This document shows, in pieces, positions 42,775 to 54,497 of a stretch of DNA of 64,000 nucleotides. Source of the DNA: Calditrichia bacterium (GTDB lineage Bacteria > Calditrichota > Calditrichia > JAJRVZ01). The notes below the pieces were generated by a model. That model saw only the letters and a list, made by a program, of their open reading frames with translations, was not told where the DNA came from and made no database searches. Location of the stretch: contig CAWCNS010000005.1 of the NCBI GenBank assembly GCA_963796965.1, positions 384,001 through 448,000 on the forward strand, given 5' to 3'. Each line of letters starts with the position of its first letter. Position 1 is the first letter of the stretch. The translations under genes and the position numbers were made by a program.

Positions 42775-45036
42775 ATGACGATTATAAGAAGAATTATTAT
42801 AGTATTTACACTTATTGGACTCCCCTACGCGCTGCTCTCCCAGGATACCGAGGTTGAACCAAATAATACCAGAGAGAACGCTAATAGTATTTCTTTAGAT
42901 GGTGTAACAAAAATTAGCGCTGCCTTTTCACCGGCAGGAGATCTCGATTATTTTGATATGGAATGGCAAACCGATCATATGTATTATTTAACCAGCATTG
43001 AGAATGATGAGGGAATTGCCCCCAATATCGAGTTGTACTTCGATGCTGCCCCAGACAATATCCTCACCAGCAATGTGGGCGGGCGTAATGGTAATAATAA
43101 TTTTCGACTCTCGGGCTATGTACCGGATTATTCCGGTACCTTTTATGCGAAAATATTTGATCAAAACAATGCATCGGGTGGTTATAAAATACGTTTGGCC
43201 GGGGGAAGAGGCCCACAGGAATTGATGACCCATGAACCGGATGGGAGCATTGCTTTTGCATCCGGATCAGAATTTCTGGCAAAAGAAGATACGATATATG
43301 GCGCCCTTTACCCGAAAAATGATATTGATTATTATAAAGTTTCAGCTGAAGCCGGAGAGCGTTTTGAAATTATGACCCTTCCCATTCTGGACCTTGATGT
43401 GCGGGATACCGATACCTATTTAATGTTATTTGATTCATTCGGGAATCTAATTCTTGAGAATGATGATGTGGGAACCGTACAGACACCAAGTGGTCCAGTA
43501 AACTCTACCTTTTCCAGGATGATCGGGGCTTTTCCAACTACTGACACCTATTATATTGCGGTAAGAAGTTATTATAATTCGAATTATGACCAAATATTGA
43601 GTGAAGCAAATCCACCGATGGGCGAATATGGACTTTATTATATATCTGAGATGCCGGATACTTCATTTGCAAGATATCCGATTATCGAATTGCCAACAAC
43701 CCAATCAGTACACATCCAATGGCGCACCACCACATTACAACCAACCCATTTAAAATGGGGTACAGATACAGATTGCCAAAATCAATATTATTAAATGCAG
43801 AGCCAAGACTTGACCATCAGGTAAAAATATCCGGCCTTGAAGCCAATCATCAATATTTCTATCGTGTTTTTGCTTCTGACAAGGATAGTACGGAAACTGA
43901 ATATTTTTATACGGCAAAACCCACATCGGTAAAAAATACTAAATTTTTTGTCATCAGTGACTCCAGTCCCTATGAAGGATTTGGGAGTACACCGGCGCAA
44001 TTAGAGGTAGCGGCACAAATCCAAAAGGTTGAATACGATTTTGGGCTTCATGCCGGCGACGTAAACCAGCATCATGGGGAAGAATATGATCTGGTATTTT
44101 TCGAGCCCTATAAAGATATCCTCGCTAATGCACCAATTTTCCCCTGTGTAGGAAACCATGATACCTATTACGACAATACCCTGACCTATCAGAATTCCTT
44201 TAACCTGCCTTACAATAATCCCGATAGTACGGAACGGTATTATTCGTTTAATTATGGTTATGCACACTTTATATCCCTGGATACCAATCTACCCTATTAT
44301 CCGGAAAGCGCCCAGCATACCTGGTTAGTGCAGGATCTGCAGTCAGAGATGCGTAGAGAGACATCATGGACATTTGTCTATTTTCATCACCCGCCCTGGA
44401 GCGAAGGCTGGCCGGGATATCCGGGTGAAGAAGCTGTCCGCGATCACCTTGTACCGCTTTTTGAGCAATATGGGGTTGATATGGTTTTTAACGGTCACAC
44501 GCATGACTATGAACGTGGTCGTTTAAATGGGGTATATTATATCATTACCGGCGGCGGCGGTGCGCCTTTAGAGAGTGGTGAACATGCCTATGATTATGAG
44601 CATGTGGATGTCTGGGTCAATCAACATTCCTTCACCTATATTGAACTCGATGATAAGACACTCACCCTGCGGGCTATTAATATAGATGGGAACTCAATTG
44701 ATTCCTTTTCTTATGATAAACAATTCACATCTATTGATCATACAGTTAAACAAACCGGCGTCGTACCGGACAAATTCGGATTAGGTCAGAATTACCCCAA
44801 TCCCTTTAATCCCGTCTACAATGATCAATTATCAATTACCAATGACGCAATGAAGTTGAAATTAATTATATACAATACATTAGGAGCAGAAAATAGTCAC
44901 ATTAGTTTCTGAAGTTCAGCAAGCCGGTCAACATCAGGTACAGTGGGATGCCTCGGATATGACGAGTGGGGTTTATTATTACCAGATCAGAGCTGGAGAA
45001 TTCGTAGAGACAAAGAAAATGGTGTTATTACAATAA
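42775..45036 (+). CDS. Secreted purple-acid-phosphatase-like metallophosphoesterase with N-terminal PPC A-B pair and T9SS CTD (frameshifted)
   Basis: VISDS, HAGDV, VGNHD, FHHPP and NGHTHDYER motifs; FN3-like H.VKISGL....YFYRV; QNYPNPFNP...GVYYYQI..KKMVLLQ*. Confidence 0.88.
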
Positions 45037-45053
45037 ATAAAAATTTGAAGTTA

Positions 45054-45115
45054 TGGAGTGGTGGAGTAATGTAATATTTAATAGAATTGCATTATGCCAG
45101 TACTCCAATACTCCA
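45054..45115. repeat. TGGAGTA/TACTCCA 8-nt-unit inverted element; relative at about 51023-51107
   Basis: tggagtggtggagtaatg ... cattatgccagtactccaatactcca. Confidence 0.65.
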
Positions 45116-45185
45116 AAAAATAGTCTCAATAACTGAATATGTATCAGCAAATAATAATCAATTATTATAAGCAAGAGGTATTAGT

Positions 45186-48143
45186 ATTAAACCAGGACGG
45201 AAGACGGGGAACAATAAAATCATAAAAACCATACTTTTTATCTTATCTGTTTTTTGTATGCAAATATATTCCCAGGAATTACCTTGGGGCGATGACTTCG
45301 ATAGTGGCAGCCTGGAAAGCTGGACTATTATTGATGATGAACCCTACTCATCCGGCCCCTCCAGCTGGAATATATTAAATGAAGAATTGCACCAAAATTC
45401 TAATATCTTTACAACAGAAAATGAATACAGTGTTTTTAAAGGAACCCATATCATTGCAGGAAATGACAGCTGGGAAGATTTTTATTTAAATGTGCGGATC
45501 ACCTCTACTGATGATGATGGCATAGGTATGTTATTTCGTTACCAGGATGATAAGAATTATTATCGTTTTATCACAGTGGCCGATCCTGGTAACCAGGGTC
45601 CCTTTAAACGCCTGGAGAAGCAAATAGATGGTGTTTTTTCTACCCTGGCTGAATCTACATCCGACATCTTAATTCCTGGTGATTTTATTGGAAAGATACA
45701 AGTAAAAGGTGACAGCATCTATGTATATGAAGAAGAAAGCATTTTATTTGCTGTCCAGGATACAACCTTTTCACATGGTAAAATTGGGCTGATGTGCTAT
45801 GCCAACGCTGGTGCCATTTTCGACGATGTTTACGTGAGTGAACAAGATACCCTTTTTGAAGAAAAGCCTGAAGAATTTCCAGAAATATTAACAGCGGATC
45901 GAAGTTTAACCGTACGTGGCTTCACCTATAATATCTGGGGAAACCAAATTTGCACACCTACAGAAATTGCTGAACTGATTATATCTCTCGACCTGGATTT
46001 TGCCGGATTACAGGAATGTTCTATTGCATTTGGACAAGAAGTCGCTGCGTTGACCGGGATGCATATAGCCAGTGGTGCAGATTGCATAATCCTTTCAAAA
46101 ACGCCCTACACAAAAATCAAAAATCTGCCCGTATCCGGTGTTAATGTTTGGACTAATATCGATAGCCAGACCGTATCTATATATAATTTCCATATTCCCT
46201 GGGACGAAGCCGGAGATCGTGCAGCACGAACAATGGTAGACGATCTGTTCAGTCCTGACTCAGTTCCCCTGCAAATCGCTGTAGGTGATTTTAATGATGA
46301 GCATTATAGTACCCAGATAAATATTCTGGAAGAACATATGCGATATGCGATCGCTGATTTAGGTTGGGCACCCAGCCAAAGGGTAACCTGGCCTGCTTTT
46401 GATTTCTACGGTGGTGAAGGTGCCCAAACGATTGATCTTATTTTCTGCAATAAATCCAGTAAGGGCCGACTCATTGAAGGCGAGATCATGAATCTCTCCC
46501 CATTCTTGCCGATCATAAACCGGTCTGGGGAACAGTTGAATTTCCAGCCAGAGCAAAAGAAGTAGCACCCCAGATAGACAGGATAGTGCCCTATTTGGGA
46601 TCAAACATCCTTGAAGTATGGTTTGATCAGGATGTAGATAGTATAAGCGCGGAAGATCCGGGTAATTATAAAATCACACCTCTGGATGGTGGCCATTCTG
46701 TATCGGTTATTGGAGCAAATATGGTTAGGGGCTACGACCGCCTTCAAATTCAAACTTCTAATCATCAATTTGAAAAAAAATATCAAATCTCCATTACCGG
46801 GGTAAAAGACAAATACCATCCCGCAACTACTATCAACAGCAGTGGTAAATATATTGTGTATGAAAACCTTTTGAAAAATCCCGAGGCTGAACATGGTCTG
46901 GAAGACTGGCAATCTTTTGGAGGATTTATGACTGAAAATGAACGCGAGAACCAGCTCCCTTATATGGGCAGTTCATTTTTTACCGGTCAGGATTTAGAAT
47001 CCTGTCGGTTGGTTCACAGGAAATTGACCTGAGTGCCTATGCAGATCAAATCGACAGGGGTAATATTGCTGCGGAATGGAACTGTTATTTTGCCACAGGT
47101 TATGAAGCGCTGGGAACTATCAATGCCAGTCGGTGCGAACCTTATGACGAGGGTGAGATGCTCATTGATTTTGTAGATGAATCGGGAAATATTTTATTAC
47201 AATCTAGCAGCAAACGATGGGATACACTCTTCTGGCATCCTTATGGGGAGACGAGTTTTCTTCCACCGGGAACGCGGAACGCCATCGTTCACCTTAATTC
47301 CTATCGTAAAACCGCAAATGGATATTCTAATGATGCGGCATTTGAACATGCTTTCTTTGCTCTAAAGACACTCGAAGAACCTCATCCATTTGGAAAAAAC
47401 CTTTTAATGAATCCTTCTGCTGAGACTGGTGATCTTGAGGGATGGAATGTTTCTGGATATATGCAAGCATTAGCAAACGAAGTGGAAAAAACCCGCTCCA
47501 TTTCAGGAAATTATATTTTCGCCAACAACAACGTTGGCTCCGGAAGTGCTTCCCAAAGTATTGATCTAACGGAGTATCAAGATGATATCGATGCCAGCCG
47601 GTTCTCAGTTAAATGGGGTGGTTATATGCGGGATTTTCGAGGTGATCAACCGGCAGAGATAAAGATAGAATTATTAGATCGGGGATAAAAACAGCCTGGA
47701 AACGGTATCCACGGGCATACAAAAAGTAGCCGAGTGGTGGTATTATGATAGCCTAACTGCCGTCCCCGCTGGTACATATAAAATTCAGTTTAGCTTTACC
47801 GGGCAGGCTTATTTTGACTTTCTTCATCTTATTCCTGTGGTCGCACCTATAACAGACCTTGATAAAGATGTATTTATTTTGAATAAATTTCGCCTGGAGC
47901 AAAACTATCCCAATCCCTTTAATCCTGTAACAGTGATCAATTACCAATTACCAATTACCAGTTTTGTGGAACTCAGTATATTTAACTTAATTGGCCAAAA
48001 AGTGGTGACACTTGTGAGCGAAGGTCAATCTGTTGGAAACCATCAGGTGCAGTGGGATGCAAGTGGATTTGCAGTGGTGTTTACTACTATCAACTAAAAG
48101 CCGGGAGTATCAAGAGGTAAAGAAGATGGTGCTCCTCAGATAA
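45186..48143 (+). CDS. Secreted multidomain protein: lectin-like beta-sandwich, endonuclease/exonuclease/phosphatase (EEP) domain, Ig-like domain, two jelly-roll-like domains, T9SS CTD (frameshifted; start uncertain)
   Basis: EEP motifs FTYNIW, AGLQEC, YNFH, VGDFN, TWP and TIDLIF. NLL.NP.AE.G.LE.W occurs twice. LEQNYPNPFNP...KKMVLLR* at the end. Confidence 0.78.
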
Positions 48144-48222
48144 ACAAGATGGAATTTGGAATCAGGAATTTGGAATTTGAGTAATGGGTGAGAGTATTAT
48201 CAATTCAGTCTATACTATATGG

Positions 48223-48396
48223 CGACGCGATGAATCGCGTCGTTACTACATACGGCGTGCATAAAAAGAGTTTCTGACAGGATTAACAGGATGAAAACAT
48301 CTATTAAAATATTAAAATTATTTAATATTTTTAGCGTAATGTATGATTTTTAACATGTTATGAGAGATACAATCCTGTCAATCCTGTGATCCTGTC
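48223..48396. repeat. GC hairpin plus ACAGGAT-unit inverted-repeat element
   Basis: cgacgcga-tgaa-tcgcgtcg; gacaggattaacaggatg ... aatcctgtcaatcctgtgatcctgtc. Confidence 0.7.
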
Positions 48397-48446
48397 TAAA
48401 AGAATGAAGCGTAAAGTCAAATGAATCATAATTTTTTAAGAGGAAA

Positions 48447-50977
48447 ATGTTAATGAAGGCGAATTATATCTCTATTATTATTGCATTATTTTTTATAGGC
48501 AATTTGTCCATTGCCCAGGACGGCCTTGTCGGTCATTGGGAATTTGATGATCCGACTGATCTTACCAAAGCGACGGTAGGCACAAACCTTATACTCTCCG
48601 GAAGTCATACGGCCGTTGAAGGTCCCGCTGTACAGGATGGTGCCGTTAATATCGGGATCGGCAGCAACTATATCGTTCCGCATGGAATTGCCCCAAATGG
48701 CGGCGGAAGTAAGGTAAACGAGTTTTCCCTGGTAATGGATATAAAAATCCCGGAATATGGACCATGGTATTGCATGTATAAAACGGATTTATACTAATCC
48801 GGAAATGATGGTGAATGGTTTATAAATCCATCGGGCTACATGGGTGTAGGGCAAACAGGCTATACGCCTGATAAAATCAAACCAGGAGAATGGTATCGGA
48901 TTGCCATATCAGTACAAAATGGAACACACTATAATTATTATTATGACGGTCATCTTCTCCTAAATGGTGCTGCAGGAGAAATTGACGGACGTTTTTCGCT
49001 GAGTAGTGCATTTATTCTATTTGGAGATGAAAATGGTGAAGATGCAGCCTTGGATGTGGCGGATGTAAAACTGTATTCCCGTGCCCTCAGTAATGAGGAA
49101 ATTGCCGGTCTGGGTGGCTATAATCATAAACCGGAATCTGTAACAGAACCGGACTCGATAATCTATACCTATCTGCAAACGCCCTCGCCTACTTCTATTT
49201 TTGTTTGCTGGCACGCCTCTGCAAGTACAGAATCTATCGTTGAATATGGATTAACAGAAGCATTAGGTATGCAACAAAGTGGTGAGGCTTTCGAGTTTGA
49301 TACAACTACAATCTGGCATACAGTAAAACTAACCGACTTATCCCCCGAAACTGTCTATTATTATAAAGCCATAACAGATACGATGGAATCAGAGATCAAA
49401 AAATATAAAACACCGCCTCTTCCCGGTGACTCGACAGGCCATATCCGATTTGCCTTTGTAGGAGATAATCGAACTGAACCCGATGTATTTACCTGGGTTG
49501 TAGAAAGTATGAGAGATAAAGTGGTTGAATTATATGGTCCAGACATCGAAGAAAATCTGAATCTGGTATTAAATGTTGGTGATATTGTAACAACCGGCGG
49601 TGTTTTATCCCAATATAAACGTGAATATTTCGAGCCGATGAATTCGGTATCGGGCAATGTTCCTGTAATGGTCAGTATTGGCAATCATGAAAATGAAGCG
49701 GAACATTATTATAATTACATGAAATATGAGGAACTTGGAGGACCCGAGGGCGAAAAATACTATGCGTTTCAATACGGTAAAATTCTCTTTATTGCCATAA
49801 ATAGCAATTGGCAGCTAAGAAATGAGACACAAATCACCTGGTTGGATACCTTAATGGCAACAGCAGAGAATGATGATACAATTGATTGGGTTTTTGCTTT
49901 TTGTCATCACCCCGGCCGTAGTGAAATCTGGCCGGATGGTAATACGGCCTATGTCCAGGACAGGGTTATACCGACGCTCAACAAATACAGTAAAGCCGAT
50001 ATGCTCGTGTATGGACATTCCCATAATTATGAGAGAGGAGCGGTCCAGGACGGTAATCTGCGATTAGTCTTATCCGGAGGAGCTGGGTCAAATCTTGATC
50101 GATGGGGTATGTATGGGAATCAAGAAAATTACCCCGAGATACAACGTGCTTTTGATCATTATTGTTATACCTTAATCGATATCGATATTGCGAACAGGCA
50201 GTATCAGGCCACCAATTATAGTCTTGGACATACGGACCTGATACGTGACAATCTAATCATCGATTCATTTGCACAGAGATAAAAAGGCCCTGCCTCTTGA
50301 ACAACCCGGTTTGGTCGACCCTGTTTCCGGATCCGACGTTAAACCACCCTTTCAACTGGAAAGTGATGATTTTAGCAAAGATTACGAGATTATGAGTTCC
50401 CAATTTCAGATTACAGCCGTGCAGGGCAATTATAGCGAAATGAAAGTTAATAAAATTCGCGATTTTGAGGATCTATACGGAGATACCGGTCCCCCGGATT
50501 ATAATCCGATCGATTTAAATAAAAATATAGATTTATCAATAGTATTTAGTAACCGGTGTGGGGTTGGACGATGGAAAGTCCTATTGGTGGCGTATGCGTT
50601 ACAGAGATAAAAATCTGCAGTGGACGGAATGGTCTGAAGAACGAATGTTTACTGTTTCCTCCTCTACAGATATTGGTGAAGAGGAGAATCTGGTTATTAA
50701 AAAAACAGCCTTATATAAAAATTATCCCAATCCTTTTAATTCAAGCACAATAATGAGGTTTGATCTCAAGAAATCTGGATTTGTTAGGCTAAATATTTAT
50801 TCAATCGATGGTCAATTAGTAAAAATATTGGTAAACAATGAGATGCCTGCCGGAGAATTTAGTATTCCCTGGGATGGGAAAGACATACATAACCTTCCTC
50901 TTCCCAGTGGGACCTATATCTTTAAACTTGAAACGCCGGAATATAGTAAAAGTGAAAAGGCTGTATTGATTAAATAG
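48447..50977 (+). CDS. Secreted LamG + FN3 + purple-acid-phosphatase-like metallophosphoesterase with FlgD/T9SS CTD (frameshifted)
   Basis: LVGHWEFD and VKLYSRALS (LamG); YLQTPSPTSIFVCW; VGDNR, VGDIV, IGNHE, HHPG and GHSHNYER; KNYPNPFN...GTYIFKL. Confidence 0.88.
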
Positions 50978-51199
50978 TATCAAGTGAAACTGGAATAGAA
51001 ATTTTTTGCAGGAACAATTAAATTTGGAAGTGTTAGAGTTCTGGAGTATTGCTATAAATAGGCAATACATTACTCCAGCCCTTCATTAGTCCAACAATAA
51101 CTCCAATTATACTGTGTAATATAAACGATAGTTCAACAATTCAGATTAGACCAACTTAATATGAATTGAGTGCTATTCAAAAAAAGGAGAATTTAAGAT

Positions 51200-52732
51200 A
51201 TGACTGTCCGAGGAAAAATATTATATGATAAGGCTGCAAATATTAATGACCCGTCATTAATATTAAGGGATGACTCACAACTTGGAACAGAGCCCTATGA
51301 CATCGTTATTGTCGGAGCCGGCGTGGTTGGCTGCACCTTAGCTTATAAATTATCCCAGTATCAACTAAAAATCTTATTAATAGACAAAAATCATGATGTG
51401 GGCGAAGGAACCAGCAAGGGAAATAGTGCGATTGTGCACACCGGCTTTGACGCTACTGTAGGATCATTAGAGTCACAATTGGTTACCCGGGCATCAGGGC
51501 AATGGCCAGAACTGGCAAAGAAACTCAAAATCCCCTATGATCCCTGCGGTGCCTTACTTGTAGCCTTAAATGAAGAGCAAAGTGCACAACTGGACAAAAT
51601 TTACAAAAAGGCCCTGGACAATGGCGTCAATGATGTAAAATTGCTAACGGCCGATGAGGCGCGGGATTTAGAACCTAATATTTCTTCAGATGTGTGTGGA
51701 GGTATGTTGGTTCCCAGAGAGGCCCTGGCTGATCCTTTTATGCTATCAATCGCCTGTGCAGAAGTTTCCCTGATCAACGGTGTGGATATTCTCCTCGGAT
51801 CGCCCGTCGTTGCTATCGAAAATCCCAGCGAAGAGATTAAAAAAATTGTTACGGCCAGTGGACATCGTATTTCTGTCAGGAATATTGTCAATGCGGCTGG
51901 ATTAGGTAGCCGTAAATTGGCCGATCAATATGATGGTGCTCCATTTGATATCAATCCGCGCCGCGGTCAGTTTCTTATTTATGACAAATTCAGCCGCTCT
52001 CTGACTGAACGAATTTTACTACCCATTCCAACAGCAAAAACCAAAGGTGTGCTGGTCATCCCGACCATTTTTGGCAATCTTCTCGCAGGCCCCACTGCAG
52101 AGGACTTCCCCCTGGAGGATACCTCGGCCCTGCACACAACCTCAGAAGGTCTGGAAGGGATCGCGAAACAGGTTTATGGCATGATGCCTGATCTGCAGTC
52201 GCAGGCTGTAATCGGCACCTATTCCGGTGTGCGCTGTAACTGTGAACAGGGCAGCTATATTATCAGGTACCATGATGGCCATAAGGGTATACTCTCCGTC
52301 ATCGGTATCCGGTCAACCGGATTTACATCAGCTCCCGCATTAGCCGATTATTTGATTGAGGGGATGGTTAATGAAAAAATGATAAATGTAGAACCAGATC
52401 CTGACACCAACGATTCCCGACCAGAATCAAATTGGCCAGGATGGTGGAAGAAACCTTATGATGCCAAAGACGTGCTTGAGAAGCGACCTGATTATGGAAA
52501 CATCGTTTGTTATTGCGAGCATATTTCCAGAGGTGAGATCATCGATGCTCTTAATTCACCCCTCAAACCTCGAACTCTCGATGCAATTAAGCGACGCACA
52601 AGAGTTCAGACAGGGAGATGCCAGGGATTTGACTGTCACATCCATATCGCCGAGATCATTTCTGAACATTGCGGCATCCCCTTGGAGCAGATCACCAAAC
52701 ACGACCCGGAGAGTGAACTGGTAGGTGCATAA
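51200..52732 (+). CDS. FAD-dependent glycerol-3-phosphate dehydrogenase/oxidase (GlpA/LhgO-like) with BFD-like [2Fe-2S] domain
   Basis: IVGAGVVG, GTSKGNSAIVHTG, KGVLV.PT..GN.L.GPTA, GIRSTGFTSAPA and CYCEHI...KRRTR...GRCQG.DC. Confidence 0.85.
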   Translation: MTVRGKILYDKAANINDPSLILRDDSQLGTEPYDIVIVGAGVVGCTLAYKLSQYQLKILLIDKNHDVGEGTSKGNSAIVHTGFDATVGSLESQLVTRASGQWPELAKKLKIPYDPCGALLVALNEEQSAQLDKIYKKALDNGVNDVKLLTADEARDLEPNISSDVCGGMLVPREALADPFMLSIACAEVSLINGVDILLGSPVVAIENPSEEIKKIVTASGHRISVRNIVNAAGLGSRKLADQYDGAPFDINPRRGQFLIYDKFSRSLTERILLPIPTAKTKGVLVIPTIFGNLLAGPTAEDFPLEDTSALHTTSEGLEGIAKQVYGMMPDLQSQAVIGTYSGVRCNCEQGSYIIRYHDGHKGILSVIGIRSTGFTSAPALADYLIEGMVNEKMINVEPDPDTNDSRPESNWPGWWKKPYDAKDVLEKRPDYGNIVCYCEHISRGEIIDALNSPLKPRTLDAIKRRTRVQTGRCQGFDCHIHIAEIISEHCGIPLEQITKHDPESELVGA

Positions 52733-52781
52733 AGAGTAAGGTGTCTTTCGGGCAAATAAAAAAACGAAATCCAAACACCGT

Positions 52782-53056
52782 ATCCTCGTAGAGGATAAAT
52801 TGTTGTAATAGCATACGTAAACCAATACGTCATCCTCGTAGAGGATGAATTAGTGGTGGTATAGTACATTTATTGTATAAAATGGAGATTGTAAATTAAA
52901 AATAGAATATTGAAAAAACATTTATTATAATTTTTCGATTAATTCCCTCAAAACATGTTGACGTTTATATAATATCCCCAACTATAAATCCTCTACGAGG
53001 ATTATATGTTTGTGGGTTACGATTATTTTCTACAAAAATAAAACCTCTACGAGGTT
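52782..53056. repeat. Four-copy REP-like palindrome cluster (two forward, two inverted)
   Basis: atcctcgtagaggat at 52782 and 52832; atcctctacgaggat at 52988; aacctctacgaggtt at 53042. Confidence 0.85.
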
Positions 53057-53147
53057 AATAATCACACTCGTTCTAACAGTATGATACTATAAATAATGAT
53101 TATATAGAGAAAAAAGGGTTTAAGATAAATAATATCTGGAGAATAAT

Positions 53148-54131
53148 ATGACCGAAAATCCATCAAAGCATGTACAGGTTGCCATCATTGGCGCAGGCCC
53201 AACCGGGATTGGCGCGGCTGTTGGATTAAAAAAACGTGGTATCGATTCTGTATTGGTGATTGAGCGACAGAATAAAATTGGTGGAATTCCTGCTCTTTAT
53301 AAGAAAAAGGCAAATGGGATTCGTACATTCGGTATTTGGACACGCGGTCGCATGCTATTTGGCGAAGAATATGTACAAATACTCCATAAGAGATTATCCA
53401 AATACAAAACAGATATTAAGACGGACAGCCTGGTTCTAGCTATTGATGTTAATGAAAAAAGACTGACAGTTGTGAATCCCACCGATGGTGTACATGATTT
53501 AACAGCCGATGCCATCATCTTTGCCTGTGGCTCCAGAGAAATGACTTTAGCCGAGCGGGGATGGATTGATGGATCCCGACCGGAAAGAATGTTTTTTACA
53601 AAACATTTGTTGGATTTAATCGACAACAATAACACTTTGCCAATAAAAAAACCTGTAATCATTGGCTCCGATCTGATCGCCTATGCTGCAGGAGCAAAAT
53701 TGGCAGCTGCAGGTGCGGCCGACTCAACAATGATTGATTTAAATAAGCGCCCCCAGTGTTCACTGCCTGAAAGGATATATTTCCGGAGATGGAATAAACC
53801 AAAATACCATGGTGCTGTAAAAGCCCTACAGGTTGTGGGCAATCAAACCCCTTCAGACGTCAATTTATCTGATGGTTCTAATATTCCCTGTGATGGCATT
53901 GTGATCAGTGGTGAGTTAGTCCCCAATAGCGAATTAGCTCTGCTGGGTAACCTGGAGGTGACCCTACCCTCCCGTAAACCGGTCATTCAAAATAAATTTC
54001 AGTTATCGGAACCGGGGTGGTTTGCCGCCGGCAACATATTAGGGGGGTTCCATGGTGCGGAATGGTGCTATTTTAATGGCCAGCGTGCAGCCCGGTCGGT
54101 TGTAAAATATCTTGCGAATTTACCAAAATAA
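53148..54131 (+). CDS. FAD/NAD(P)-dependent oxidoreductase, usual partner of GlpA-like proteins
   Basis: IIGAGPTG, IERQNKIGG, IFACGSRE...I.GSRP and GWFAAGN motifs. Confidence 0.8.
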   Translation: MTENPSKHVQVAIIGAGPTGIGAAVGLKKRGIDSVLVIERQNKIGGIPALYKKKANGIRTFGIWTRGRMLFGEEYVQILHKRLSKYKTDIKTDSLVLAIDVNEKRLTVVNPTDGVHDLTADAIIFACGSREMTLAERGWIDGSRPERMFFTKHLLDLIDNNNTLPIKKPVIIGSDLIAYAAGAKLAAAGAADSTMIDLNKRPQCSLPERIYFRRWNKPKYHGAVKALQVVGNQTPSDVNLSDGSNIPCDGIVISGELVPNSELALLGNLEVTLPSRKPVIQNKFQLSEPGWFAAGNILGGFHGAEWCYFNGQRAARSVVKYLANLPK

Positions 54132-54185
54132 TTCGATTTGGTGTAATATTCACTGCTGAATATTTTAATGACTTGCTATTCATTG

Positions 54186-54253
54186 GTCACCCTGAACTTG
54201 TTTCAGGGTCTCAAATATTTGGATATAAGATTCCGAAACAAGTTCGGAGTGAC
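54186..54253. repeat. GTCA...TGAC palindromic mini-element
   Basis: gtcaccctgaacttgtttcagggtct-spacer-agattccgaaacaagttcggagtgac, an imperfect inverted repeat with internal hairpins. Confidence 0.75.
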
Positions 54254-54497
54254 GAAATCAAGACTGATTCATAGTGATATAATCTCCTCGATAATTGGCA
54301 GTATTGCAGAATTGGTTATTGGTACAATTATTAATATATGCATAATCTGTTTCCCCCTTGTCCCGAAGGGACTCCTTTGAAGGAAAAGGGGGACAAAGAG
54401 GGATATTAGAAATTTTGCTTAAACAAAAACAATATGTCCCTTTTCGTAAAAAAAATGTTATAGTGCAACTTTTCCCTAATCATGAAAGGATAGCGAG

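Noticed and set aside
37065..50977. Genuine pseudogenes or programmed frameshifting
   Set aside because: Indels also hit unrelated genes across the window, domains remain intact and I saw no shared slippery motif; sequencing error is simpler, though unproven.
52782..53056. Possible CRISPR array
   Set aside because: The repeat is only 15 nt, there are two copies per orientation, the pairs are inverted and no cas genes are present.
54168..54380. 70-aa ORF as the missing small subunit
   Set aside because: It is translated from palindromic repeat DNA and does not resemble DUF1667 beyond an incidental CIIC.
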